Below are positions 38,512 through 56,296 of a stretch of 64,000 bases of DNA, one piece after another. The stretch covers positions 1,888,001 through 1,952,000 of the forward strand of contig CAWGHO010000002.1 in NCBI GenBank assembly GCA_963822445.1, written 5' to 3'. The notes under the pieces are model-generated. The model was given only the letters and a program-made list of their open reading frames with translations. It was not told the origin of the DNA and ran no database searches. The DNA is from an uncultured Acidobacteriota bacterium (GTDB lineage Bacteria > Acidobacteriota > Thermoanaerobaculia > Gp7-AA8). Numbering within the stretch: position 1 is the first letter of the stretch; every line of letters starts with the position of its first letter. The position numbers and the translations under genes are program-made.

Positions 38512-39213
38512 ATGGCCAAACACGGCAAGAAGTATCGTGCTGCGGCTGAGAAGGTCGAACAGCGACCGTACAAGCTGGACGAGGCCTTCGGTCTGCTCAA
38601 GCAGATCGCGTATGCCAAGTTCAATGAGACGGTCGAGTTGTCGATGCTTCTCGGTGTCGATCCCAAGCACGCCGATCAGATGGTCCGGGGAACGACCGTG
38701 CTTCCGCACGGAACCGGCCAGACCAAGCGCGTGCTCGTGATTGCCCAGGGCGAAAAGCAGCGTGAGGCGCAGGAAGCCGGCGCAGACATCGTCGGAGGTG
38801 ACGAGATCGTCGAGAAGATCCAGGGTGGTTGGGTCGACTTCGATGCGGTCATCGCCACACCGGACATGATGCGCTCGGTCGGTAAGCTCGGTAAGGTCCT
38901 CGGTCCCCGTGGACTGATGCCGAACCCGAAGACCGGCACCGTCACGTTCGACGTCGCCAAGGCGCTTCAGGAGATCAAGGCCGGCAAGGTGGAGTTCCGC
39001 GTCGACAAGACCGCGATCATCCACGTCCCGGTCGGCAAGATCTCGTTTTCCGCCGATCAGCTGAAGGACAACGCTTCAGCGATCATCAACGCCGTTCGCA
39101 AGGCGAAGCCCGCCGCTGCGAAGGGCAAGTACGTCAGGTCCATCTACATCTCGTCCACCATGAGCCCGTCGGTCCAGATCGACACGGCCGTGGCTGAGAC
39201 CAAGGCGGAGTGA
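38512..39213 (+). CDS. rplA: 50S ribosomal protein L1
   Basis: DQMVRG...LPHGTG and [15 protein letters not shown] motifs. Confidence 0.97.
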   Translation: MAKHGKKYRAAAEKVEQRPYKLDEAFGLLKQIAYAKFNETVELSMLLGVDPKHADQMVRGTTVLPHGTGQTKRVLVIAQGEKQREAQEAGADIVGGDEIVEKIQGGWVDFDAVIATPDMMRSVGKLGKVLGPRGLMPNPKTGTVTFDVAKALQEIKAGKVEFRVDKTAIIHVPVGKISFSADQLKDNASAIINAVRKAKPAAAKGKYVRSIYISSTMSPSVQIDTAVAETKAE

Positions 39214-39215
39214 GC

Positions 39216-39743
39216 ATGAAGAATCGCGAACAGAAAGCAGAAGCGATCTCCCAGTTCACCGAAGGCATCGGTTCCGCGACGAACGCGTTCGTCCTCGATT
39301 TCAAGGGCATCACCGTTCCTCAGGTCACCGAGCTGCGCCGCCAGATCCGCGAGACGGGTTCCGAGTACGTGGTCATCAAGAACACGCTCGCTCTCATCGC
39401 GGTGAAGGACACCCCGCTCACCAAGCTCACCGGACACTTCCAGGGCATGACTGCCGTGGCCTACAACGCCACCGACGCGGTTGCGCTCGCGAAGGTGCTG
39501 ACCAAGTTCGCCAAGGACGTCCCCACCGTGCAGTTCAAGGGCGCTCTTCTCGGCGGTCAGCCGGTTCCGGCGAGCGAGATCCAGAACATCGCCAATCTGC
39601 CGTCGCGCGACGAGCTGATTGCCAAGGTTCTGTACCTCATGCAGCACCCCATCCGCGGCCTCGCGGTCGTTCTCAACGGCACGATCCGGAACTTTGCGGT
39701 CGTGCTCGACCAGATTGCTAAACAGAAAGAGACGGCTGCTTAG
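39216..39743 (+). CDS. rplJ: 50S ribosomal protein L10
   Basis: DFKGITV...LRR...VIKNTL and LPSRDEL motifs. Confidence 0.95.
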   Translation: MKNREQKAEAISQFTEGIGSATNAFVLDFKGITVPQVTELRRQIRETGSEYVVIKNTLALIAVKDTPLTKLTGHFQGMTAVAYNATDAVALAKVLTKFAKDVPTVQFKGALLGGQPVPASEIQNIANLPSRDELIAKVLYLMQHPIRGLAVVLNGTIRNFAVVLDQIAKQKETAA

Positions 39744-39772
39744 GGCGGCCTCAAGATAAAACTGGAGGAAAA

Positions 39773-40156
39773 ATGGCTATTTCTACTGATGATTTCGTGA
39801 AGCAGATTGAGACGATGACGGTGCTCGACCTGGCCAATCTGGTCAAGGCCCTCGAGGATCGCTTCGGTGTTTCCGCCGCCGCGGCCGTGGCTGCGGCCCC
39901 GGCAGCGGGTGGTCCGGTTGCGGCTGCCGCTCCGGCCGAGGAGCAGACGGAGTTCACCGTCACCCTCAGCGAAGTCGGCGACAAGAAGATCAACGTCATC
40001 AAGGCAGTCCGCGAAGTGACGTCGCTCGGCCTGAAGGAAGCGAAGGACCTCGTCGAAGGCGCGCCTCAGACCGTGAAGGAAGGCGTGACCAAGGAAGAGG
40101 CCGAGAAGATCAAGAAGGTCTTCGAGGAAGCCGGCGCCAAGGTCACCATCAAGTAA
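39773..40156 (+). CDS. rplL: 50S ribosomal protein L7/L12
   Basis: Ala-rich hinge, [16 protein letters not shown] and [11 protein letters not shown] motifs. Confidence 0.97.
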   Translation: MAISTDDFVKQIETMTVLDLANLVKALEDRFGVSAAAAVAAAPAAGGPVAAAAPAEEQTEFTVTLSEVGDKKINVIKAVREVTSLGLKEAKDLVEGAPQTVKEGVTKEEAEKIKKVFEEAGAKVTIK

Positions 40157-40174
40157 GTATCGAAGTTTTGTACG

Positions 40175-40217
40175 GTTCCGGGCGGTGTTCATGCATCGCC
40201 CGGAATCGGCGTTTTTG
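40175..40217 (+). terminator. Hairpin/attenuator between rplL and rpoB
   Basis: GTTCCGGGCGGTG-ttcatg-CATCGCCCGGAAT, then a T-run at 40212-40216. Confidence 0.55.
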
Positions 40218-40334
40218 CCTCGCGGGTCTGAAAGGGGGGGAGCGGCCCTTTCACATAGACCCACCCATCGCGTACTCCATCGTGCGTTGCCTGCACGGTG
40301 GCCTCGCCTGACGCGACATTAGGAGTCCATTCGA

Positions 40335-44625
<4,291 letters not shown>

Positions 44626-44628
44626 CCG

Positions 44629-44817
44629 ATGCGACGCAGAGTCACACCGCTGTCGAGGATGCCGAACGCCGATTGCCGTGCCTGTCACGGCATGGGCTCG
44701 GTGCGGATGACCGCGCACTTTTACACGGGCGACCACGAGTTCGAGGCCCCGTGCTGGGAGTGCTTCGGCAGCGACGTGAAACTGCAGTTCCCGCATCCCC
44801 CGACTTCCGATAACTGA
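44629..44817 (+). CDS. Small DnaJ-type zinc-finger protein between rpoB and rpoC
   Basis: CRACHGMG...CWECFG motifs; AAGGA 8 nt upstream; fills the intergenic gap; alternative ATG at 44659. Confidence 0.6.
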   Translation: MRRRVTPLSRMPNADCRACHGMGSVRMTAHFYTGDHEFEAPCWECFGSDVKLQFPHPPTSDN

Positions 44818-44852
44818 TTCGAACGAATTCGTCCCTACAAGGGAGGCGCAAA

Positions 44853-49094
<4,242 letters not shown>

Positions 49095-49117
49095 GCGTCA
49101 ATCTTTGCCTTACTGTG

Positions 49118-49150
49118 AACGGCGGCCGAAAGGCCGCCGTTCTTTTCTCT
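49118..49150 (+). terminator. Intrinsic terminator after rpoC
   Basis: AACGGCGGCC-gaaa-GGCCGCCGTT followed by CTTTTCT. Confidence 0.8.
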
Positions 49151-49204
49151 CTGCGCGCTCCGTGGCGGTCGGCGCCGGTAAACTGCAGGCCGGTAGGCGA
49201 CAAG

Positions 49205-50443
49205 GTGAATCGTCACAGACTTCTTCGTATCTTTATTCTGGCCGACGTCTTCTCCGTGGTTGCCGGCGTCATCGCGGCAGTCATTTTTGAAGGAACCCTG
49301 CCGGAACCGTTACGCACGTACGCCGCGACGCAAGAGCTCCATCCGTTCCTTCTGATTGTCGGACTCGTTCTCATCGTCCTGCTGATCGTCGCCTGGGTAG
49401 GACTCTGGAGGAATGCCTCGTGGGCGCCGGCCGCCTACGCAGTTGCCTGGGCCGGCTGTCTCGTCATCCTGCCATTCAGTGGGCCGTACATAGGAACGGG
49501 CATCGAAGAGATGTTCGATTTCGTGGGCACCGCTGCCGGCGGTGGAATCCTCGCGCTGCTTCTTCTCGCGATGGAGGAGCGTCGAAGCTCAGGGCCGGCC
49601 ACACTGGTAGCGAGGGATACGACGAACGACGTTGGGCAACCAAATATCAAATCGTCGCGCGTTCATCGCGCGTTGTCATGGCTGTACGGGCTCATCGCGC
49701 TGATGCTGCTCGCCCTTCCGTATGTCGCACGGACCGGCCAGGAAAAACTGCTTCCCGCAGAGATGGCAATCGCGTTGTCTCTGCCGCTGTTCTTCTTTGC
49801 CCTCGCGATCCTTCATCATTTCGTGTCGCGCGGCGCGAAGGAGCGGAAGCGCTGGGCGCGAATCGGCTCGATCGTTCTCGCTTGTTTACTAATGCCTGCT
49901 GTTCCGGTCGGCACGATCATTGGCGTCTACCTGCTGCGCAATAGTTCGTGGGAACCTGCGATGGCATGCAAGTGCGCTGAGTATCCTGACTTGCCGTTCT
50001 TGCGCGACGCGATCACGAAGCGGATTCGCGAGACGAAACGTATCCTTTCTCGACTCACCTTGCTCGAGACGAACAGCCAGGACCGTCTGCGGCTCTACGT
50101 GTGTGAAGCTTGTGGGCAATACTGGCAAACAGGACACGAATGGAACTTCGGCGACCGTGAGTACGTCTTCAAAGTGCCGGCGATCGAGTCGTCAGAGTGG
50201 CTTCGCGAGCCGTACCGTCAGCCGGCGGCCATGCTCATCTTCACCGCCGCCATGACGGACTATTTCGAGAAGAACAGGTTCGAAGAGGGCGACACGCCCT
50301 GCCGTGAAGAAGGTTGCCCGAACCGCTCGATGAAGCAGGGCCGCTTCTGCATCGATCACCATCTGGAGCAACTGCGTGCGGTAAGAATTCTTCCCGCGGT
50401 TCCACGCGGTCGCATGTTCCCGCCGTATCGAACTGAGGTATGA
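49205..50443 (+). CDS. Composite hypothetical protein: two membrane modules plus a Cys-rich module
   Basis: 4-TM block, then 3-TM block, then MACKC...CEACGQYW...C....C.......FCIDHH; the last module may start separately at 49960. Confidence 0.55.
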   Translation: MNRHRLLRIFILADVFSVVAGVIAAVIFEGTLPEPLRTYAATQELHPFLLIVGLVLIVLLIVAWVGLWRNASWAPAAYAVAWAGCLVILPFSGPYIGTGIEEMFDFVGTAAGGGILALLLLAMEERRSSGPATLVARDTTNDVGQPNIKSSRVHRALSWLYGLIALMLLALPYVARTGQEKLLPAEMAIALSLPLFFFALAILHHFVSRGAKERKRWARIGSIVLACLLMPAVPVGTIIGVYLLRNSSWEPAMACKCAEYPDLPFLRDAITKRIRETKRILSRLTLLETNSQDRLRLYVCEACGQYWQTGHEWNFGDREYVFKVPAIESSEWLREPYRQPAAMLIFTAAMTDYFEKNRFEEGDTPCREEGCPNRSMKQGRFCIDHHLEQLRAVRILPAVPRGRMFPPYRTEV

Positions 50444-50444
50444 G

Positions 50445-51101
50445 ATGACACGAGTCCGCGTTGAGAGCTTCACCATCTCGCTGGACGGATACGGAGCAGG
50501 CCCGAAACAGGACATCAGCAGTCCGCTCGGCATTGGCGGGACGGATCTGCACCAGTGGTTATTTCCGACACGCACGCTCCAGCGGGCCTTGTTCGGCAAG
50601 GAGGGCGGCACGACCGGCGTCGACGATGACTTCGCCGCTCGTGGCTTCGAGAATGTCGGGGCCTGGATTCTCGGGAGGAACATGTTCAGCCCCTCTCGTG
50701 GGCCCTGGCCGGATCTGAACTGGAAAGGCTGGTGGGGAGACGATCCTCCGTATCACGTTCCGGTCTTCGTCCTGACGCACCATGCACGTCCACCGATCGA
50801 GATGGAAGGCGGCACGACGTTCCATTTCGTCACCGGCGGCATTCGTGACGCGCTTGAAAGGGCACGCGAGGCGGCCGGCGGAAAGGACGTGCGCATCGGC
50901 GGCGGGGCGAACACCATCCGGCAGTATCTTCGCGAGCGCCTCGTTGATGAACTGCACATTGCCATCGCGCCAGTCCTCCTCGGCGGAGGAGAACGGCTGT
51001 TCGAAGGAGTTGACTTGCGGGCTCTGGGATATGAATGCGTCGAATTCATAGCATCGGAGAAGGCCACGCACGCCGTCCTGCGGCACCGTGGGCGTGTATG
51101 A
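50445..51101 (+). CDS. Dihydrofolate reductase/RibD C-terminal family protein
   Basis: ISLDGYGAG, ILGRNMF, VFVLTH, IGGGA and PVLLGGGERLF motifs. Confidence 0.9.
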   Translation: MTRVRVESFTISLDGYGAGPKQDISSPLGIGGTDLHQWLFPTRTLQRALFGKEGGTTGVDDDFAARGFENVGAWILGRNMFSPSRGPWPDLNWKGWWGDDPPYHVPVFVLTHHARPPIEMEGGTTFHFVTGGIRDALERAREAAGGKDVRIGGGANTIRQYLRERLVDELHIAIAPVLLGGGERLFEGVDLRALGYECVEFIASEKATHAVLRHRGRV

Positions 51102-51160
51102 GCGAGGAGACATCATGACGGTGAGGCGGCCGTAATCCGGCGACGCCCAGGAGACGACGA

Positions 51161-51601
51161 ATGCAGTTCAGCATCACAACAGAGGTCGACGCTCCGCCGG
51201 AAGTGGTGTTCGCGGTTCTGAGCGAGGTCGAGTACTGGCCTGAGTGGACGCCGACGGTTACGCGGGTAGAGCGTCTCGGTGACGCCGGCGCGCCGTTGGC
51301 GCTCGGTGGCCGCCTCCGAATCGTGCAGCCGAAGGTGCCGCCCTCCGAATGGACGGTCACAGCGCTCGAACCGGGTCGAGGGTTTCGGCTCGTCAGCCGT
51401 TCTCCCGGCGCAACGGTCGAGGCGAATCACTGGATAGAGCAGGCGGGAGCGGGATCCCGCGTAACGCTCTCCGTGACGTTTACCGGCTTCCTGGGACGGG
51501 TCGTCGGCTGGATGATGCGGGGCCTCAACAACCGGTACCTTGCACAGGAAGCGGCCGGGCTCAAACGCCGAAGTGAGGAGCGCGCTCGGGCCACGGAGTG
51601 A
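51161..51601 (+). CDS. SRPBCC/polyketide cyclase family protein
   Basis: VDAPPEVVF.VL.EVEYWPEW and GLKRRSE motifs. Confidence 0.85.
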   Translation: MQFSITTEVDAPPEVVFAVLSEVEYWPEWTPTVTRVERLGDAGAPLALGGRLRIVQPKVPPSEWTVTALEPGRGFRLVSRSPGATVEANHWIEQAGAGSRVTLSVTFTGFLGRVVGWMMRGLNNRYLAQEAAGLKRRSEERARATE

Positions 51602-51654
51602 GGCGGTGACTTCGGCGAGGCCCCCGGCCTCACCCGCCGCGCAGTCCTTGTGCA

Positions 51655-51750
51655 ACCTAACGAGACGCTGCAGCGGACGAGGCGGCCGGCACTCCTGCTC
51701 GCCTTCGGCTCTGCCTTGGCCGTCTCGCCGCTGAGCCTTGAGGACGAGGC
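51655..51750 (+). mobile_element. Degenerate integron attC-like site
   Basis: R'' ACCTAAC; CAGCGG-a-CGAGGCGGCC pairs with GGCCGTCTCG-CCGCTG; R' appears damaged (CGAGGC instead of CGTTAGGC). Confidence 0.55.
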
Positions 51751-51837
51751 CCCAGCCTTCCCTCGAAGAGGACGAGGTGATCAGTCTCGCGGACTTCGGC
51801 GACGAGCGGTGACGCTCACTACGTCTCGTGTTTTGCA

Positions 51838-52989
51838 GTGTTTGTGCTGACCATTGGCAGGCGGAGTTGTGGTCGTACACATCCTCTGCTACCGTTGAGC
51901 TTCCCAATCAGACAACAGTGGCGAGGTGACGTGGATAATCCGACGAATGCCTTCAGGGCCGGTTCCTACGTTCTCTGCGTGAGCACTCTGTTGCCTGAGG
52001 CCGTTAACCGTGTAGAGCAAAATGACCTGGCGCCGATCGCAAGTCTAGTCGTTGTGATCGTGTTTCTGTGGCTCGATGCATGTGCTCGCACGATGACGAG
52101 TAAGAGCCTGGACGTTAAGATCAAGACCGAGAGCTTCTCAAAGGCCTGGCGTGCCATCTCGATCGTCGGGCTCGAGATCATCGGCGCGGTCTTTTTTACT
52201 TTTTGGGCCCGTGGTTGGGTTTTCTCGAGCCCTGTGCCGCCTGCGGCGTCAAAGGCGCTCGCTGTCTGGGTTTTGCTGACGCTGATTCACAATTTGCTTC
52301 ATATCGACATTGCAACGGGCGTAACGGTTCGCGAATACCTCTCGTTGGCCCCGACCCGCAGCGTCCTCGAATTCGACGGCGTTCAGTCCAGAGTGTGGGT
52401 CACACAGCTCACGCGTTGGTATGACAAGGCGACCGACGACCTCCGAGCCGCTTGGGACCAGTTCAAACAGCACAGCTCACCTCCCAGTGCCGGCCAGCTG
52501 GCGGGCGCGAGCGTGCGCCGGTCAGCTTTGGTCGCTACTCGCGCACTACGTCCCGCGGCCATACGCCTGCTGACGCAGTACTGTGCGCTTCACATCGTCT
52601 ATTTCAATGCGGTATTCGCGTGTGCGCTATTCCTATCGGCCATGCTGGAGATCGATCCCTTTCTGGTGGCTCGCATGAGCGTGATGGAGCTTGTCCTGGT
52701 GGGGGCAGTCCCGGCGCTCGCTGCAGGAACGTTCTTTTTCGTCACTGTTCGCGACCTGAGAGATTGGGAAATGAAGGCGCAAACGGCGACGCCAAACCAG
52801 TCCGCAGTCAAAGGTGGGCAATTTGTGGCAAACCTGTTTCTGATCGCGTCGTTTCTCGTCATCGTGTCGCTGCTTGTCGCCCGGGGACTTCCGGTGTTCC
52901 TGTTGGTCGAGCAGTTCATTGTCACGGGAACGATTCTAATCGTGACGATTGTGGCCGCGAGGAGGAGTGCCCATGACGTTGCTGGATAG
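51838..52989 (+). CDS. Polytopic membrane hypothetical protein (start uncertain)
   Basis: Long ORF with many hydrophobic segments and atypical composition; alternative start GTG 51931. Confidence 0.55.
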   Translation: MFVLTIGRRSCGRTHPLLPLSFPIRQQWRGDVDNPTNAFRAGSYVLCVSTLLPEAVNRVEQNDLAPIASLVVVIVFLWLDACARTMTSKSLDVKIKTESFSKAWRAISIVGLEIIGAVFFTFWARGWVFSSPVPPAASKALAVWVLLTLIHNLLHIDIATGVTVREYLSLAPTRSVLEFDGVQSRVWVTQLTRWYDKATDDLRAAWDQFKQHSSPPSAGQLAGASVRRSALVATRALRPAAIRLLTQYCALHIVYFNAVFACALFLSAMLEIDPFLVARMSVMELVLVGAVPALAAGTFFFVTVRDLRDWEMKAQTATPNQSAVKGGQFVANLFLIASFLVIVSLLVARGLPVFLLVEQFIVTGTILIVTIVAARRSAHDVAG

Positions 52990-54334
52990 CGGCATCGTGA
53001 TTGCCTGGCTCGTCATCGTTTTCGCGGTGGGTATTGCCGCGGGTTTCCGAGCCCGACCTGAATCGTTTTGGCTGAACGATAGGCGCACTCCGCTTCCGTT
53101 GCTGATTACTACCATTGTTGCCACACAAGTAGGTGGCGGCACCGTCCTCGGCATTGCGTCGTCGACCTATGAGAGTGGAATCGGCTTCGGCGCAGTGGCC
53201 GTGCTGTCGACGTTGTCCGGCTTCCTGGCTGTCGCGCTGCTGGCACCTCGTGCGAAACGAATGGCCGACTCCGCGAAGGCGGTGACGATAACCGAGCTTC
53301 TTGGCTTGCATTACAGCCGCCGCACAGAGCTCGCGGCGTCGGCAATCATTATCTTCGCCTACTTTTCGCTCGTCGGGGGGCAGCTCATCGCGGCGGCAGC
53401 GATCTTGAAGTTGTGGTCGGGATGGGGCTCAGGGATCGCGCTCGCGATCGCCGCGATCGGGCTGGTCACGTACACGGCCTTCGCCGGCCTCCGCGGCGAC
53501 ATCGCGACGGACGCCCTTCACTTCTGCATCATGGCCGTGGTCCTCATCGGTGTGCTGGGCGCGTCAATCATTCGGAATGTCGACATTCCCCAAGTGCTCG
53601 GCGCGGTCCCCCCTGATGTCTGGAACCCGGTCAGATTCGGAGGCTGGGTCTATCTGATCGTCGGTATGCTCCTCGGTGCGCTTGTGCCGCTCGTTTCGGT
53701 CGAGATGTGGCTTCGGGTGTTTGCATCGAGTAGCGAGCGTGCGGCCCGGCGGTCTTATGTCGTCGCCGCCATTGTCGTGCTCCCCTTTTATCTGATACCC
53801 CTGCTCATGGGTGCTCTGGGAACGCAGTTATTCGGTCCGATCGACCCGCAGAGCGTCTTTGGCGAATATATCCGCCGCTACCTTGGCGATGGGACCAGAG
53901 GGTTGGCGATCGCGGCTCTCCTCGCTGTGATTATCTCGACTGCCAACACTTATGTCGTCGTTCTTAGCGCAACGCTGTATCGCAACATCTGGTCGCGGCG
54001 CGGCGAAGTGAGCTCGGAGCTCAGGCTGTCGCGGTTCTTGACATTTGTTGTCGGCTTGCTGGCTTTCGCTTATGCCCTGATTGTTCCCGACTTGATTCAG
54101 CTGTTGCTGAATGCGTTCTTCGTAATCGCCGTGCTTGCACCTGCGCTTCTGGCAATGATTTATGCGCGAAAAGTTCCCGAGCCGGCTGCGTTCTGGAGCA
54201 TAGCGGTAGGCGGTGCCGTCACAGTCGCTGCTTTGCCTTTCATGCCGAAGGAGGCTTTCGTTCCGGGACTGGGGTTATGCCTGATGACGTTCGGTGCCAT
54301 GACGTGGCTTGCCAGGACTAGGAGCACCGGGTGA
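52973..54334 (+). CDS. Sodium:solute symporter family protein
   Basis: ATQVGGG, YTAFAGL....TD..H and LAVIISTA motifs; about 13 TM; GGAGGAG RBS. Confidence 0.88.
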   Translation: MTLLDSGIVIAWLVIVFAVGIAAGFRARPESFWLNDRRTPLPLLITTIVATQVGGGTVLGIASSTYESGIGFGAVAVLSTLSGFLAVALLAPRAKRMADSAKAVTITELLGLHYSRRTELAASAIIIFAYFSLVGGQLIAAAAILKLWSGWGSGIALAIAAIGLVTYTAFAGLRGDIATDALHFCIMAVVLIGVLGASIIRNVDIPQVLGAVPPDVWNPVRFGGWVYLIVGMLLGALVPLVSVEMWLRVFASSSERAARRSYVVAAIVVLPFYLIPLLMGALGTQLFGPIDPQSVFGEYIRRYLGDGTRGLAIAALLAVIISTANTYVVVLSATLYRNIWSRRGEVSSELRLSRFLTFVVGLLAFAYALIVPDLIQLLLNAFFVIAVLAPALLAMIYARKVPEPAAFWSIAVGGAVTVAALPFMPKEAFVPGLGLCLMTFGAMTWLARTRSTG

Positions 54335-54341
54335 CGTGATT

Positions 54342-54926
54342 ATGGTGGCGCCGGCGATACAGCTATCGCTTCTGCTCGTTCTTCGAATCATTCCGCAGTC
54401 AGTCATCGCTCGTGCGAATCGCAAGAATGAGGTTACCGCTAAAGCCATGACTTCCGCCCGACCGGAATACATCATGATCTTGTATGGCATTGCGGCCCTC
54501 GCAGCGATGCAGCGGTGCGTTGCATCCGGCTATCGCCTGTCTGTCTCGGTCGGGCTGTTCTTCTTCGCTTTGACGGCGACCTGGAGCCTGGTCTCCATCG
54601 GGTTCATTCGCAAGTCGTACAACGAGGAATTGAACGTCCACCGCGGCTTTAAGCTCGTTACGGCCGGGCCGTACGCAATTGTGAGACACCCCGTCCGGCT
54701 GGGCCTGTTGGGTGAGGTGTGTGCCCTGGTCGTGATCGCTGGCCGGTGGTGGCTCGGCATCGTTCCGCTGATGATCTGGCGGTTTCAGCTTATTCGGAGT
54801 GAGGCTGAAGATAGGATGCTGCTCCACTTTTGCGGCGATCGCGCCGCCCAATACCACGCAGAGGTTCCCGCGCTGAATGTCGCGATGGGTTTGATTGGAT
54901 ACCTCAGGAGGAAACGGAGGAAGTGA
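54342..54926 (+). CDS. Isoprenylcysteine carboxyl methyltransferase/PEMT-like membrane methyltransferase
   Basis: LVTAGPYAIVRHP and C-terminal ED..L......Y...VP motifs. Confidence 0.8.
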   Translation: MVAPAIQLSLLLVLRIIPQSVIARANRKNEVTAKAMTSARPEYIMILYGIAALAAMQRCVASGYRLSVSVGLFFFALTATWSLVSIGFIRKSYNEELNVHRGFKLVTAGPYAIVRHPVRLGLLGEVCALVVIAGRWWLGIVPLMIWRFQLIRSEAEDRMLLHFCGDRAAQYHAEVPALNVAMGLIGYLRRKRRK

Positions 54927-55423
54927 TGCAAGCCGAAACACGATTGGCTGATAGCCCTTCGGACGTGCTCATTCTTGGCAGGCCGGAGGTGTCCGCGTTA
55001 CTGGACATGTACCGAGAGGATGCGGTTTTTCTCGAGGATTGCCGGGTGCAGGGCAACAAATTGACTGCTACTGCGCGAAGTTTCACTCATCCATTTCGCC
55101 GCTCGGAGCCGAAACATCTCACTCGGACTCACGTGCTCACCTTCGTAACGCAGGGCGCCTTTGTGCTCGGGCATTACTTAGAAACGTTGGATGGCGAACC
55201 TCTGATGTCGCCGGCCGCCTTTCACGAACTCGCTGGTAGTGAACGAGCGGTCTTTGCATCTGTGGAGATGCGTTTCCGAGGACATGAGCAGAGACGTGAG
55301 CAAATCGAACTCACGATGCGATGTCAACGCATCCGGAAGATTGGTGCGCGATTCGTAATCCACATGGATTTCGAAGTGGGAAGGCGATGCCGGGGCGGTC
55401 TTGTGGGGCTGATCGCCTGTTGA
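54926..55423 (+). CDS. Hotdog-fold protein, possibly an FcoT-like thioesterase
   Basis: LL..Y....FL, H.......Q and MRFR pattern recalls FcoT/ScoD; overlaps the upstream stop. Confidence 0.5.
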   Translation: MQAETRLADSPSDVLILGRPEVSALLDMYREDAVFLEDCRVQGNKLTATARSFTHPFRRSEPKHLTRTHVLTFVTQGAFVLGHYLETLDGEPLMSPAAFHELAGSERAVFASVEMRFRGHEQRREQIELTMRCQRIRKIGARFVIHMDFEVGRRCRGGLVGLIAC

Positions 55424-55454
55424 GTGTCGTCGCCGTACCGAGCGGGCCGCCGAC

Positions 55455-55670
55455 GTGACGGTTATTGACGAAGCCGGAAGGCCGCTGGCGGGAATGACCG
55501 TGAGAAGGTCGTGCAACGATCATTCGGCCGGAATCCACGGTTGCCATTCCTATGTGTTCGCGTTCGGCGGAGGGCGGCAGGGCTCACCCGTACGCGAAGG
55601 CTACGTGGAGGCCTGGCGCGGCGCGCCGGACTACATGGAATCGCGTATCGTCGCCACTACCACACGATGA
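55455..55670 (+). pseudogene. Possible gene remnant at the island boundary
   Basis: VTVIDEAGRPLAG..V is a beta-sandwich-type start, but the ORF is short and has no RBS. Confidence 0.3.
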
Positions 55671-56245
55671 TCCGTACACTCGTACTCGTCGAGGGCGAAA
55701 GCGATGCGGCCGCGGTTCGCGCGCTCGCCCTGCTCATCGGTTGTGATCTGGGCGTGCATCACATCGAGATCCGGTCCGCTGCCGGCGTAACCAACTTCCC
55801 GCGGATGCTCGCGGACTTCGTGCGTACCTACCCGAACGCAGACTTCTGCGGCATGTACGACGTCGCCGAAGAGCGGTACGTCCGCCGCGCAATCGCCGGC
55901 GCCGGCATTGCGATCGACGCGCACGAGTCCCTCGAATCCTTCGGTTTCTTCGCCTGCGTAGCCGATCTCGAGGACGAGCTGATCCGCGCGCTGGGAACCG
56001 AGCGCGTGGAGCGCGTGATCGAGGCGGAGTCCGAGCTCAGCTCGTTGCGACGTTTTCAGGCGATGCCCGAGCATCGCGAGGACCCCGCGCATCACCAGCT
56101 GCGCCGGTTCCTCGGCACGCGCGCGACACGAAAAATCCGCTCCGCACAACGTCTCGTCGAAGCTCTGGATCCTGGCCGATTGCCGCGCCCACTCGTGCAG
56201 CTGGCTGCGCGGCTGCTTCAGGCGCCTTACGACCGGCCGCTCTGA
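55667..56245 (+). CDS. Stand-alone OLD-like TOPRIM domain protein
   Basis: LVLVEGESD, YD..E and DLEDELIRALG motifs. Confidence 0.75.
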   Translation: MIRTLVLVEGESDAAAVRALALLIGCDLGVHHIEIRSAAGVTNFPRMLADFVRTYPNADFCGMYDVAEERYVRRAIAGAGIAIDAHESLESFGFFACVADLEDELIRALGTERVERVIEAESELSSLRRFQAMPEHREDPAHHQLRRFLGTRATRKIRSAQRLVEALDPGRLPRPLVQLAARLLQAPYDRPL

Positions 56246-56296
56246 GCGGTCCACCTCAACTGCGCGGGTCGTCGCCTGCGTGGCACAATCCGAACG

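Noticed and set aside
44674-44688. CxxCH heme-binding motif in the ORF between rpoB and rpoC
   Set aside because: No signal peptide, and the second CxxC fits a zinc finger better than a c-type cytochrome
51650-51850. 66-aa ORF MQPNETLQRT
   Set aside because: It is the translation of the attC-like palindrome rather than an independent gene
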